Source of the DNA: Bacillota bacterium | Lineage (GTDB): Bacteria > Bacillota > Sulfobacillia > JAJZYS01 > JAJYTV01 | Direction of reading: 5' to 3' | Length of the DNA stretch: 64,000 bases | Assembly (NCBI GenBank): GCA_021793645.1 | Contig: JAJYSJ010000002.1 | Span: 2,003 to 66,002 of the forward strand | Shown: positions 9,754 to 19,172 of the stretch, one piece after another | Position numbering within the stretch: position 1 is the first letter of the stretch | Layout of the letters: each line of letters begins with the position of its first letter | Position numbers and translations under genes: made by a program | The notes under the pieces: model-generated | Told to the model about the DNA's origin: nothing | Database searches by the model: none | What the model saw: the letters and a program-made list of their open reading frames with translations, nothing else

Positions 9754-10986
9754 ATGGTGCAGCCAGTCATCGTGATGAAGTTCGGTGGTTCTTCGCTTGC
9801 GACGCCGGAAAGAATCCGGCACGTCGCCCAGCGCATCGCCCGGCGCAGAAAGGATGGCTACGACGTCATCGCAGTCGTCTCCGCCCAGGGCGACACGACC
9901 GATGAACTGCTGGAGCGCCTGAGGGCTGTTGCGCCGAACCCGCCCGCCCGCGAGGTAGACATGCTGCTCGCGACCGGCGAGCAGCAGTCTGCAGCCCTCA
10001 TTGCCGCGTCCCTCTCAGCGCTCGGCATCGACGCGATCTCCCTAACCGGATGGCAAGCCGGCATCGCGACCGACGGAAACCACCGGCGCGCACGTATTCA
10101 TACCGTGACCCCGCACAGCGTGCGACGCGCCCTGTCTGCAGGGCGCGTCGCCGTGGTCGCGGGCTTCCAGGGAATCTCTGGCGAGTTTGAGGTCACGACG
10201 CTCGGGCGCGGCGGATCTGACCTCACTGCCGTCGCCCTGGCTGCAAGCCTGGGGGCTGGCTGTGAGATCTACTCCGATGTCGCCGGGGTCTACACCGCCG
10301 ACCCGCGCATCGTTCCGGACGCACGCGTGCTGCAGGAGATCAGCTACGATGAGATGATGGAACTGGCTGCCATGGGGGCACAGGTGCTGCAGGGCCGGGC
10401 CGTGGAGTACGCGTGGCACCATGGGGTGCCGATCAGGGCTCTCTCCACCTTCGACGATTCGCCGGGTACTCTTGTTCGGGAGGGATCGACCATGGAGCGC
10501 GTTCAGGCTGTTACCGGCGTCGCGCTGGACCGCCACGTCTCGCGCGTGCTTTGCGAGAGCGTGCCTGACCGCGCCGGCACAGCCGCCGCAATCTTCGGCG
10601 GACTCGCGGAGGCCGGCGTCAACGTGGACGTCATCGTACAGAGCCCCAGCCGCGAGGACCGAACCGACATCGCGTTCACCGTGTCGGATGAGGACGCACA
10701 GGCGGCATTCGAGATCACGAAGTCCCTGTTGCAGCGGCTTGGGGCCGAGGGTGCCACCCTCGATCCGAATGTCGCGAAGGTATCGGTGGTCGGAGCGGGC
10801 ATGCTGTCGCGCCCCGGTGTCGCGAGCCGCGCCTTCCGGGCAATCGCCGATGCCGGAGTGAACATCATCGCCATCTCCACGTCGGAGATCAAGATCTCCT
10901 GCCTGGTGCGGCGCGACGGGGCGGAAGCGTCCGCCCGCGCGCTGCACGCCGCGTTCGATCTGGCGCTCGAGTCAAACCCCTCCTAG
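9754..10986 (+). CDS. lysC: Aspartate kinase (alpha subunit, with nested beta subunit)
   Basis: MKFGGSS, VVSAQGDTTD, TTLGRGGSD, YTADPR, two ACT domains ending ISTSEIKIS. Confidence 0.93.
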   Translation: MVQPVIVMKFGGSSLATPERIRHVAQRIARRRKDGYDVIAVVSAQGDTTDELLERLRAVAPNPPAREVDMLLATGEQQSAALIAASLSALGIDAISLTGWQAGIATDGNHRRARIHTVTPHSVRRALSAGRVAVVAGFQGISGEFEVTTLGRGGSDLTAVALAASLGAGCEIYSDVAGVYTADPRIVPDARVLQEISYDEMMELAAMGAQVLQGRAVEYAWHHGVPIRALSTFDDSPGTLVREGSTMERVQAVTGVALDRHVSRVLCESVPDRAGTAAAIFGGLAEAGVNVDVIVQSPSREDRTDIAFTVSDEDAQAAFEITKSLLQRLGAEGATLDPNVAKVSVVGAGMLSRPGVASRAFRAIADAGVNIIAISTSEIKISCLVRRDGAEASARALHAAFDLALESNPS

Positions 10987-12173
10987 CCGTCCGCTAGCTC
11001 TCGCACCGCGTCCACAAGGCGCGCGAGTTCCTCGCGCAGGACGTAGAATCCGGCGGACACGCGTACGGCCGCATGCGGCTCCGGTAGGAAGCGAACGAGC
11101 AGACCGCGCTCGTGCAGCCGCTTCGCCGCGTCCGGCGCGGAGATGCCCGGAATACGGAAGCTGACGATGCCGCTCGCCTGGCCTTCGGGTGAGAGCACGT
11201 CGATCCCCGGGATCTCCACAACTGCTTCGCGCAATTCATGCGCGAGCGCTGCAATGCGCCCGAGTGCCCAATCCTCCCCCACCGTCTCCTGCCAGCGCAG
11301 GCTTTCGAGCTGGCCGACCAGCGCGGCGGGAAGTCCCGAGCCCACCTCGTAACGTCGAGCTCCCGCGGACGGCAGGAAGTTTGCGGCGTTCGGATCGACG
11401 CCGGCCGTGGAGAGGTAGCCTGTAAAGGTCGGATGGCAAAGCGCCTGTGCGTCCCGGGCCGCATAGAGGGCGCCGGTGCCCTCAGGCCCCATCAGCCACT
11501 TCTGGCCCGGCAGGCTGTAGAAGTCCGCACCCAGCGTCGAGAGATCAAGCGGCACCGCACCCGCCGACTGGGCACCGTCGATCAAAACGAGGGCGGCCGC
11601 CGCGTGTGCGCGCTCGGCGATCTCTCGCACTGGCAACACGGCCCCGTTCGTCCAAAGCACATGCGAGAACGCAAGCAGGCGCGTGCGCGACGTGATCGCG
11701 CGTTCAAACGCTTCGATCGCCAGATCGGGCCGCTCCTGCGGCCAATCCACGTAGCGCACCGCAACGCCGCGCGCCCTCGCAAGGGCCGCGAGCGGTACGA
11801 GCAGCCCGTTGTGCTCGTGCCGCGTCGTCAGCACCTCGTCGCCCGGCAATAGCGAGAGCCCCCACAGGGCGATGTTCATCCCGTCCGTGGTCCGGCCGGT
11901 CAGCGCGACCTCGCCTTCGTCGCAGTGCAGGCGCCGCGCGAGCGTCTGCCTCAGTTCTTCGCGCAGAGTATGGAATGTCTCCATGACGGTCGGTCGGATC
12001 CTGCCGAGGTTCAGTTCCTCGGCGAGCTTCGACTGCATTGCGTCGACTGCCCTTCTAGGCAGCGGACCCGCTGTTCCGCAGTTCAGGTAGGGCGCTACGC
12101 TCACGGCCGGGATCTCCTCCCGGATCGCCGCAAGCAGCGCGAGTTCCTCGGGACGGTCGGAAGACATCGGCAT
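10983..12173 (-). CDS. PLP-dependent aminotransferase class V (cysteine desulfurase / isopenicillin-N epimerase-like)
   Basis: YLNCGTAGP, SHVLWTNG, DGAQSAG, GQKWLMGPEGTG (PLP lysine). Confidence 0.85.
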   Translation of the reverse strand: MPMSSDRPEELALLAAIREEIPAVSVAPYLNCGTAGPLPRRAVDAMQSKLAEELNLGRIRPTVMETFHTLREELRQTLARRLHCDEGEVALTGRTTDGMNIALWGLSLLPGDEVLTTRHEHNGLLVPLAALARARGVAVRYVDWPQERPDLAIEAFERAITSRTRLLAFSHVLWTNGAVLPVREIAERAHAAAALVLIDGAQSAGAVPLDLSTLGADFYSLPGQKWLMGPEGTGALYAARDAQALCHPTFTGYLSTAGVDPNAANFLPSAGARRYEVGSGLPAALVGQLESLRWQETVGEDWALGRIAALAHELREAVVEIPGIDVLSPEGQASGIVSFRIPGISAPDAAKRLHERGLLVRFLPEPHAAVRVSAGFYVLREELARLVDAVRELADG

Positions 12174-12262
12174 TGCGTTTCTCCTCCCATAGCCCTCTTC
12201 GCCCGGAGGAACCCGCTTCCTGCGTGCTATCATCGGCTTCAGACGCGCAAGGAGGCCTTCAG

Positions 12263-13135
12263 TTGCGCCTATACGGACTCATGCTCGCTATCCTCTCGGC
12301 GGTTGCCTTCGGCCTCTACATGGTGCCCCGCCGCTTCTCCCGAGCACCTCAGGTCGAATTCTCTGCGGCGATGGGCCTTGGGGCAGCGATCGCGCTCGCG
12401 ATACCACTGCCGTTTGTCGCCGGCACCTGGAGCCTGTCTGGACTTGGCATCGCCTTTTTGGGCGGCCTCTCGTTCGCACTCGCATCGCACCTTTTCGTAC
12501 TTTCGGTCGACGCGCTCGGCTTGACCCGTGCGACGCCCGTGAAAAATCTGACCGGCGTCTTCGGCACGTTCTTCGGCATCGCCATCCTCGGCGAGTACCG
12601 CACGAGCGGCGCTGTGGTCCTAGGACAGCTGGTACTGGGGAGCCTGCTGACCGCACTCGGCGCATACCTGATCGGCGGCATCGGCCAAACGGCGGATGAC
12701 GGCCTCGCTCCTGGGGGCCGCCAGCGCGGCTTTCTTCTGGCAATCGGCGCGGCCGCCTTCTTCGGCTTCTACCTCGTCCCGCTGAAGCTCGCCGCCCCGC
12801 TCGGCACAGGCTACGGCTACTTGGGACTCGGGCTTGGGGCCGTCGTCGGCCTCACGCTGCCGCAGCTTTCGCGTCTCGTGCGCATGCCCTTGAGAGAAGC
12901 AGGGCTCGGTGCGCTGGCAGGTGCCCTCCTGGCGCTCGGCGTTCTGCTCGCAGCGCCTGCGGCGAACCTGATCGGCCTTTCGGTCGCGTGGCCGATCACA
13001 CAGCTCAACACGTTCGTCGCGCTGGGTGCCGGCATGTTCTGGCTGCGTGAGCACGATTTCCGACAGGTGAAGGGCAGGCTGCTCCTCGCCAGTCTCGCAA
13101 CGCTTGCGGGCATCCTGCTCCTCGCACTCCTCTAG
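12263..13135 (+). CDS. DMT-superfamily transporter (GRP/GlcU-like)
   Basis: About 10 hydrophobic helices in two repeats; FGLYMVP, GLTRATP, GLSVAWPITQLN; TTG start after AAGGAGG. Confidence 0.7.
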   Translation: MRLYGLMLAILSAVAFGLYMVPRRFSRAPQVEFSAAMGLGAAIALAIPLPFVAGTWSLSGLGIAFLGGLSFALASHLFVLSVDALGLTRATPVKNLTGVFGTFFGIAILGEYRTSGAVVLGQLVLGSLLTALGAYLIGGIGQTADDGLAPGGRQRGFLLAIGAAAFFGFYLVPLKLAAPLGTGYGYLGLGLGAVVGLTLPQLSRLVRMPLREAGLGALAGALLALGVLLAAPAANLIGLSVAWPITQLNTFVALGAGMFWLREHDFRQVKGRLLLASLATLAGILLLALL

Positions 13136-13202
13136 GAGGGTTCATTCACCGGTTTCCCGAAATCGTCGTCGACAAATCGCGATAGAAGGCGGCGAGCAGC
13201 AG

Positions 13203-13883
13203 GTGCAAAGCAATACCGTTGGAACCACGCTTCAAGTCCTGGAGATGACCCTTAACCACGGAGAAGCGCTCGTCGCGGAGTCGGGGCGGCTTTCCTGGAT
13301 GTCCGGCATGAACCTCACAACGCAGGCCAAGGGCGGCATGTTCGGTGCGCTGCGCCGCGCCGCAGGCGGCGGCACGATCTTCCTCACGGACTTCACCCCG
13401 AGCGGAGAGCAGGGCATGGTGGCCTTCGCCGCACGGGCGCCCGGCCAGATCGTCGAGGTGGAAGTCGGAAACGAAACCGAGTATCTCGTGCATGAGCACG
13501 GCTTCCTCTGTGCGACGCCTGGCATCGATCTCAACATCGGGTTCCAGCGCTCGCTCGGCGCTGGCGTGTTCGGCGGCACGGGATTCATCCTGCAGAAGCT
13601 CTCAGGCAGCGCAAAGGCCTGGATTGATCTCTCTGGCGAAGTGGTGCGCTACGATTTGCAGCCGGGACAGCAACTGCTCGTGCAGCCCGGCCACGTCGGC
13701 ATGTTCGAAGCGTCTGTCGACTTTCAGATCACGACGATGCGGGGCATCCGCAACATGCTCTTCGGCGGCGACGGCTTCTTCCTCGCGCAGCTCCAGGGCC
13801 CCGGCAGCGTATGGCTGCAGTCCATGCCGCTTCCGCTCCTCGCACACGCACTGCAGCGCTACCTTCCGTCATCTGGCAGCTGA
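13203..13883 (+). CDS. AIM24/TIGR00266 family protein
   Basis: AESG..SWM, FGGTGFILQKLSG, LFGGDGFFLA.L.GPG.VWLQSMP. Confidence 0.85.
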   Translation: MQSNTVGTTLQVLEMTLNHGEALVAESGRLSWMSGMNLTTQAKGGMFGALRRAAGGGTIFLTDFTPSGEQGMVAFAARAPGQIVEVEVGNETEYLVHEHGFLCATPGIDLNIGFQRSLGAGVFGGTGFILQKLSGSAKAWIDLSGEVVRYDLQPGQQLLVQPGHVGMFEASVDFQITTMRGIRNMLFGGDGFFLAQLQGPGSVWLQSMPLPLLAHALQRYLPSSGS

Positions 13884-14094
13884 ACGACGGTCAGTGCGAA
13901 CACGCCTCAAAGCGTAGCGTGCTCTCGCCTGCGCCGCGCAGCTTGCATCGTCTAGTCAAGGCTGCTGATGCGTTTGCAGCCGTCAAGCGGCTGCGCTGCG
14001 CGAAGCGCTACCAGCCTGTTGTTGCCGGCATCTCCGGTTGCGCAACGGACACGTTTTTGTAGCGGGCCGTAGCAAGACGCTTTCCTTCGCGCGG

Positions 14095-14123
14095 TTGCTG
14101 GCGCAGCGCGAATTTGTTATCGT
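14095..14123 (+). promoter_or_regulatory. SigA-type promoter of the tRNA operon
   Basis: TTGCTG-N17-TATCGT with TG extension, 13 nt before tRNA-Pro. Confidence 0.5.
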
Positions 14124-14136
14124 AAGTTGCGCGACT

Positions 14137-14211
<75 letters not shown>

Positions 14212-14216
14212 GTTTC

Positions 14217-14290
14217 GCGGGTGTAGCTCAATGGTAGAGCAGTAGCCTTCCAAGCTTCAGACGTGGGTTCGATTCCCATCACCCGCTCCA
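14217..14290 (+). tRNA. tRNA-Gly(TCC)
   Basis: GCGGGTG acceptor stem, anticodon TCC, GTTCGATTC, encoded CCA. Confidence 0.96.
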
Positions 14291-14297
14291 ATCGTTT

Positions 14298-14373
14298 GCC
14301 CCAGTAGCTCAGTGGTCAGAGCATCCGGTTTCTACCCGGAGTGCCGGGGGTTCGAATCCTCCCTGGGGCGCCA
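14298..14373 (+). tRNA. tRNA-Arg(TCT)
   Basis: Anticodon arm TCCGG-TT-TCT-AC-CCGGA, GTTCGAATC, encoded CCA. Confidence 0.96.
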
Positions 14374-14427
14374 CTGGCATTGGGATCCGTGGGGGGCTTT
14401 GTGCCGTCCCACATACGTTGTCTCGGT

Positions 14428-14460
14428 TGGCCAGGATATGCTTTGTGCGTATCCTGGCCA
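14428..14460. repeat. Inverted repeat downstream of the tRNA cluster (possible terminator)
   Basis: TGGCCAGGATATGC-TTTGT-GCGTATCCTGGCCA, 14-bp stem with one G-U pair. Confidence 0.6.
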
Positions 14461-14927
14461 CATTGTGCTTTGCAGCATTTACACGTGGAAGGCGGCATGA
14501 TCTCTGCGAGCAGTGACCTTGTCCCTGCCGACAGAAAACCGCGGACCGGGAGTCGAGGCGCGAGAGACCTGCAGCGCCTGCGAACCGCATGAGGCTCCGC
14601 ATGGCCGGCAGCGCATCTCCACGGACCAGCCGACGAGCAGGCTCGCGAGCGCTAGTCGGAAGTGCAAGACGGTGCTCAGCATGGATTCCACATGCAATTC
14701 GGACGTGCTTCTAGCCATGAAGGACCAAAAGCGGGCCCAAGCGGCTTACAGGTACACAGTCACCTCTTTCGGTGGCCCATTGTCGCCGCTGCACTGGCCT
14801 GCAGTTTCACGGTTTCGGCCGATGCATCGTTTCAGACGCATGTTGCTTATGCGGGGAGGCAGGATGGGACACGCCCTTCCCCGAACGGTGAAACAGTTCG
14901 GTTGTCACGCCGCGGTCCCAGAACTTC

Positions 14928-15680
14928 GTGAAGCAAGGTGATCGCGTGTTTCTGCGGGACGTGCTGCTGCGGGACTGGCCCACACAGGCAGCTTATCCCT
15001 TCAACCTGCCGGCGCTCCAGGGAATCTCCACGATCTCCTTCGATCGGCCCGTCACATTCCTCGTCGGGGAGAACGGTTCCGGCAAGTCGACCCTGCTTGA
15101 GGCGATCGCCATCACGGCCGGGTTCAACCCGGAGGGCGGCAGCAAAGGCAACCTGTTCTCGAACGCACAGACAGAATCGCCCCTGCACGAGCATCTGCGG
15201 CTCTCGTGGTTTCCAAAGGCCACCCACGGCTTCTTCTTCCGGGCTGAAAGCTTTTTCAACTTCGCCAGCCACATCGATGACGTAGAGCGCGAGTACGGGA
15301 CGGGCTACGCAGCCTACGGCGGCAGGTCCCTGCACGAGCAGTCTCACGGCGAGTCCTTCCTCGCCCTGTTCATGTACCGGCTGCACAGCCGCAGCAAGGC
15401 CCTCTACCTGCTCGACGAGCCGGAGGCAGCCTTGTCGCCTGCGCGCCAGCTAGCGCTCCTGCGGCTGCTCTGGGAGCACGCGCAGGCAGGCACGGCACAG
15501 TTCATCATCGCCACGCACTCTCCCATCCTGCTCGGATATCCAGACGCAGCCATCCTGAGCTTCGATCACAGCCCGCTTGCGAAGATCACCTACGAGGAAA
15601 CGGAGTCCTACCGCCTCACAAGGCAGTTCCTAATGCACCGCGAAGCAATCTTTCAAGAACTCTTCGGTCCGGGGGATTAG
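14928..15680 (+). CDS. Predicted ABC/AAA ATPase (COG3910-like)
   Basis: GENGSGKST Walker A, FFFRAESFF, SHGESFL, LLDEPEAALSP, IATHSP. Confidence 0.88.
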   Translation: MKQGDRVFLRDVLLRDWPTQAAYPFNLPALQGISTISFDRPVTFLVGENGSGKSTLLEAIAITAGFNPEGGSKGNLFSNAQTESPLHEHLRLSWFPKATHGFFFRAESFFNFASHIDDVEREYGTGYAAYGGRSLHEQSHGESFLALFMYRLHSRSKALYLLDEPEAALSPARQLALLRLLWEHAQAGTAQFIIATHSPILLGYPDAAILSFDHSPLAKITYEETESYRLTRQFLMHREAIFQELFGPGD

Positions 15681-15810
15681 TCGCGCACCTGCGGAGCGTC
15701 CGGCGGGAAGCTGTCCCCGAGCGGGCTTGGATCAACCAGCCTGAAGACACCCAACAAGGTCACGACATCAGTTGACTAACCTGTTCAAAGCCTTGACAGC
15801 TTCCGCCAGC

Positions 15811-16650
15811 TCAGCTTTCGACATCTGCCCTCAGCCGCTCGATTGCCGCCGCAAGCCTCGCCGCGTCCTGGGTTTCCACCGCGTAGAGCGCAGCATGCAG
15901 CGGCTCCACTCTGCGATAGAAGCGCTGGCGCAGCGCAAAACCCGGACTGACCCTGCCGTACCAACGCGTCCACTCCGGCCGCACGTCGTACGCGGGATCG
16001 CCGAGGCCAGCGTCCCCGAAATCGACCACGGCCCGTAGTCGTCCCGTCTTCGGATCCGCGAGGAGGTGCTCGGACGAAAGGTCTCCGTGGATGAGGCGCA
16101 CTTCGAAACGAAAGTTCCTGGGATCACCGAGAAAGCTCCGCAGGCGGCGATCAAGCGCAGAGAGCAGATGCCCTTCGAGGTGCGGGCCCAGCGTCTGAAG
16201 TGCACTTGTGCAAAAGTGTCGCAATCCGCTCTCCCAGCCGTGCCCGACGCCGGCCCAGCGGAACCATCTCGGACGCTGCCCCTTGAGCGAGGTGGCGTGC
16301 AGCGCACGCAGAAAGCGCCCGAGCAGCGGCCCGGACATCGCATCGAGTCGCGCGGGCACGCCTTGCACCATTGGATAGATGCCCGCAACAGGCACCCGCC
16401 CGCCCAACAGCTGCATCCTTGGCGTTTCGAGCGGCAGCTTTCCCGCGATCAGTTCGAGGATCCGCGCCTCCTCCACAAGGCGGCGCGCTGCGGTGCGCGG
16501 TCTTGGTACTCGCAGGACGAGGTCTTCCCCAACGAGGTAGGACGTGTAGTCCCATCCCTCGCCGAGCACGCGCAGCCCAACTCCCTGGTGCGACGGAAAG
16601 ACCGACGCAATCGCGGCCTCTGCGGCCGAGAGCGCGTCCACTTCAGGCAC
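15811..16650 (-). CDS. Aminoglycoside phosphotransferase (APH)-family kinase
   Basis: LGEGWD, VLRVPR, HGDLSSEHLL, VDFGDAGLGDPAYD; start overlaps the rdgB stop. Confidence 0.8.
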   Translation of the reverse strand: MPEVDALSAAEAAIASVFPSHQGVGLRVLGEGWDYTSYLVGEDLVLRVPRPRTAARRLVEEARILELIAGKLPLETPRMQLLGGRVPVAGIYPMVQGVPARLDAMSGPLLGRFLRALHATSLKGQRPRWFRWAGVGHGWESGLRHFCTSALQTLGPHLEGHLLSALDRRLRSFLGDPRNFRFEVRLIHGDLSSEHLLADPKTGRLRAVVDFGDAGLGDPAYDVRPEWTRWYGRVSPGFALRQRFYRRVEPLHAALYAVETQDAARLAAAIERLRADVES

Positions 16651-17224
16651 CAGACTCTGCAAGCAGGCTTAGGAGACGCCGCAGCGCCTTGCCGCGGTGC
16701 GAGTGGCGCGACTTCTCTATCCGCGACAGCTCCGCAGCCGTAAGGCCGAGTTCCGGTACAAAGAAGAGCGGGTCGTAGCCAAACCCGCCCTGCCCGCGCG
16801 ACTCCTTCAGAATCTCTCCCTCCCAGACGTCCTGCGCCGTCCATTCACCCTCGGATGACGTCAGCACGAGGACGGCGCGGTAGCGGCCGCTTCGGCGGCG
16901 CGTGTCCCCAAGGCGCGCGAGCAGGAGGGCGTTATTGCTGGCATCGGTCGCGCCTTCGCCCGAAAAGCGTGCGCTGTAGACGCCCGGGGAGCCGGAGAGG
17001 AAGTCGACCTCGATCCCGGAGTCGTCCGCCAACACCGGGCGTCCCGTTGCGGCGAAGCCTGCTCTCGCCTTGGTGCGTGCGTTTTCAAGGTATGTCGTGC
17101 CGGTCTCGGGCGGCAGCGCCACAGCGTCGGGCAGCGGCAGAAGCCGGATGCCGTACTCCGCCGCGATCTCCCCCATCTCGGCAAGCTTGCCGGGGTTGCG
17201 CGTCGCCAGCACGATCTCACGCAC
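16643..17224 (-). CDS. rdgB: dITP/XTP pyrophosphatase
   Basis: ATRNPGK, ADDSG, PGVYSAR, GFGYDPLF, SHRGKA; follows rph. Confidence 0.93.
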   Translation of the reverse strand: MREIVLATRNPGKLAEMGEIAAEYGIRLLPLPDAVALPPETGTTYLENARTKARAGFAATGRPVLADDSGIEVDFLSGSPGVYSARFSGEGATDASNNALLLARLGDTRRRSGRYRAVLVLTSSEGEWTAQDVWEGEILKESRGQGGFGYDPLFFVPELGLTAAELSRIEKSRHSHRGKALRRLLSLLAESGA

Positions 17225-17963
17225 GCCGCATCACCTTCCCGATCTGCTCCCCCAGCGCCGCGCGCTGCAGCAAGAAGAGCTCGGCGGTGCCGTGCTGGGC
17301 GAGCCCCAGCAACTCCTCCAACTGGGCCGGCTTCAAGGTGCCGCCCTCCCCGGTCGCCTGCACCTCGACGAACTCGCCGGCGTCGGTGAGGACAAAGTTC
17401 GCGTCGACGGCCGCCTGGGAGTCCTCCGCATAGCAGAGGTCTAGGACGGGGTTGCCACCGACGATGCCGCACGAGACGGCTGCGACGAGATGGGAGAGCG
17501 GCCGCTTTACCGAACCGTCGCGGTCCGTAAGCCAGGCAAGCGCATCGCACAACGCAACCGCCGCGCCGGTGATCGAGGCGGTGCGCGTGCCGCCATCCGC
17601 CTCCAGCACATCGCAGTCGACCCAGAGCGTGCGGTCGCCGATCGCTGCGAGATCGACGGCTGCACGCAGCGATCGGCCGATCAGTCTCTGGATCTCCTGG
17701 CTGCGTCCCGCCGGGCGGCCGCGGCTCACCTCGCGCGGCGTGCGGTCCTCGGTCGCCCGCGGCAGCATCGCGTACTCGGCCGTCAGCCAGCCTCCCTGTC
17801 CGCGCCGCCAGCCCGGCACCTTCTCCTCTACCGTCACGGTGCAGACGACGCGCGTACGACCGATTTCCACCAAGCACGAACCCTCAGCCTTGGGCAGGAA
17901 GCCCCGCTGCAATCGGACCGGCCGCATCTCCTCGGGTGCACGTCCGTCGGGTCGCAAACGCAT
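17217..17963 (-). CDS. rph: Ribonuclease PH
   Basis: RPDGR, GWLTAEYAMLPRAT, EIQRLIGRSLR, DGGTRTASITG; the start may be TTG at 17957. Confidence 0.95.
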   Translation of the reverse strand: MRLRPDGRAPEEMRPVRLQRGFLPKAEGSCLVEIGRTRVVCTVTVEEKVPGWRRGQGGWLTAEYAMLPRATEDRTPREVSRGRPAGRSQEIQRLIGRSLRAAVDLAAIGDRTLWVDCDVLEADGGTRTASITGAAVALCDALAWLTDRDGSVKRPLSHLVAAVSCGIVGGNPVLDLCYAEDSQAAVDANFVLTDAGEFVEVQATGEGGTLKPAQLEELLGLAQHGTAELFLLQRAALGEQIGKVMRRA

Positions 17964-18110
17964 CCACCTCTCCGGACGGACCTGCCGTCCCCTGTCTTGG
18001 CGCTTCTTGCGTGCATCATGCAATGGCTCCGCCCGGTCATTGTACAACACGCCCGACCTCACCAGCGCTGCAGGTGCCTGCACCCCTTGATCGCCAACGG
18101 ACACAGCTTA

Positions 18111-18125
18111 GTGCGCATCGCGTAC
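18111..18125. promoter_or_regulatory. Putative IclR (PcaR-type) operator
   Basis: GTGCG-CATCG-CGTAC fits GTNCG-N5-CGNAC; a related site GTTCT-TATTG-CGTAC at 18341-18355 overlaps the regulator start codon. Confidence 0.5.
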
Positions 18126-18347
18126 TTTTGATACGTTTCATACATCCACTGATGCTCAGTACCGCCTGACTCCGCCTAAACGGCCGTGCAGAGCCGCCTG
18201 CACCGTTGGCGCCGTTCGTTCCGGCTATCTCCTCGGCGCAGCGCACCGCCCTCGCACGTACGCATTGTACCCCGCGTTCTCCCTTGACGGGTCGACTTGC
18301 CCGTGCCAAGTTGGTGTCGTGAACTTTCTGCGTATGGAGGGTTCTTA

Positions 18348-19148
18348 TTGCGTACAGTCCGTGGCAAGGCCGGGGAAGGAGCGTCTCGCTACTTCATCAA
18401 CAGTATTGCTAAGGCGTTCCAGGTGCTCGAGGCCTTCTCGAAGGAGCAGGGCAGCCTGACGCTGACGGAGTTGAGCGAGCGCAGCCGCCAGAACAAGGCA
18501 ACGGTGCGGCGCATCGCGCTGACACTTTGCGATCTGGGCTACTTGCAGCTGGATCAGAAGCGGCGCTTCTCACCGACCCCCAAGGTCCTCGACCTCAGCG
18601 CGCTGTTTCTCGAGTCCCTCTCCCTCCCGCAGGTGACCGAACCGTACCTCTCGGAACTTGCCGAGCGCACGCACGAATCGGCCAACCTTGCGATCCGTGA
18701 CGGAAGCGAGGTCCTGTACGTGGTGCGGGTATCGGCGGCCAGGCGCATTCTGGCCGTCAACCTGCATGTCGGATCGCGCCTGCCGCTCCATGCGACATCG
18801 CTGGGAAAGGCCCTGCTGCTTGGCGCCAACCGTCAAGACCTGGTCGAGATCCTGGGACCACCGCCGTGGCCTCAATACACACCGTCCACGCGGACGGACC
18901 CCGATCAGCTGCTCGCAGACCTTGAAGAGGCGCGCAAGCTCGGGTGCGCATTGGCGGATGGCGAATTGGAGGCGGGGCTGCGTTCGGTCGCTGCTCCCAT
19001 CCGAGATTCGACTGGTTCCATCATCGCTGCGGCCAACGTGTCGACGCACAGCCTGCAGGTCTCTTTGGACCAACTGCTCGGCCCGATCCGCCAGAACCTC
19101 CTTGAGACAGCGGATGCGGTGTCGCGCGCTCTCGGGTATCGCGGATAG
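18348..19148 (+). CDS. IclR-family regulator (PcaR/PobR-like)
   Basis: SIAKAFQVLEAF N-terminal HTH, VGSRLPLHATSLGKALL, ELEAGLRSVAAPI; TTG start after GGAGG. Confidence 0.92.
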   Translation: MRTVRGKAGEGASRYFINSIAKAFQVLEAFSKEQGSLTLTELSERSRQNKATVRRIALTLCDLGYLQLDQKRRFSPTPKVLDLSALFLESLSLPQVTEPYLSELAERTHESANLAIRDGSEVLYVVRVSAARRILAVNLHVGSRLPLHATSLGKALLLGANRQDLVEILGPPPWPQYTPSTRTDPDQLLADLEEARKLGCALADGELEAGLRSVAAPIRDSTGSIIAAANVSTHSLQVSLDQLLGPIRQNLLETADAVSRALGYRG

Positions 19149-19172
19149 ATCTACGGAAAGGAAGGTGTCCCC

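Noticed and set aside
14242-14258. T-T mismatch in the tRNA-Gly anticodon stem as a sign of a pseudogene
   Set aside because: A single mismatch is tolerated, and all other tRNA features including the CCA end are intact.
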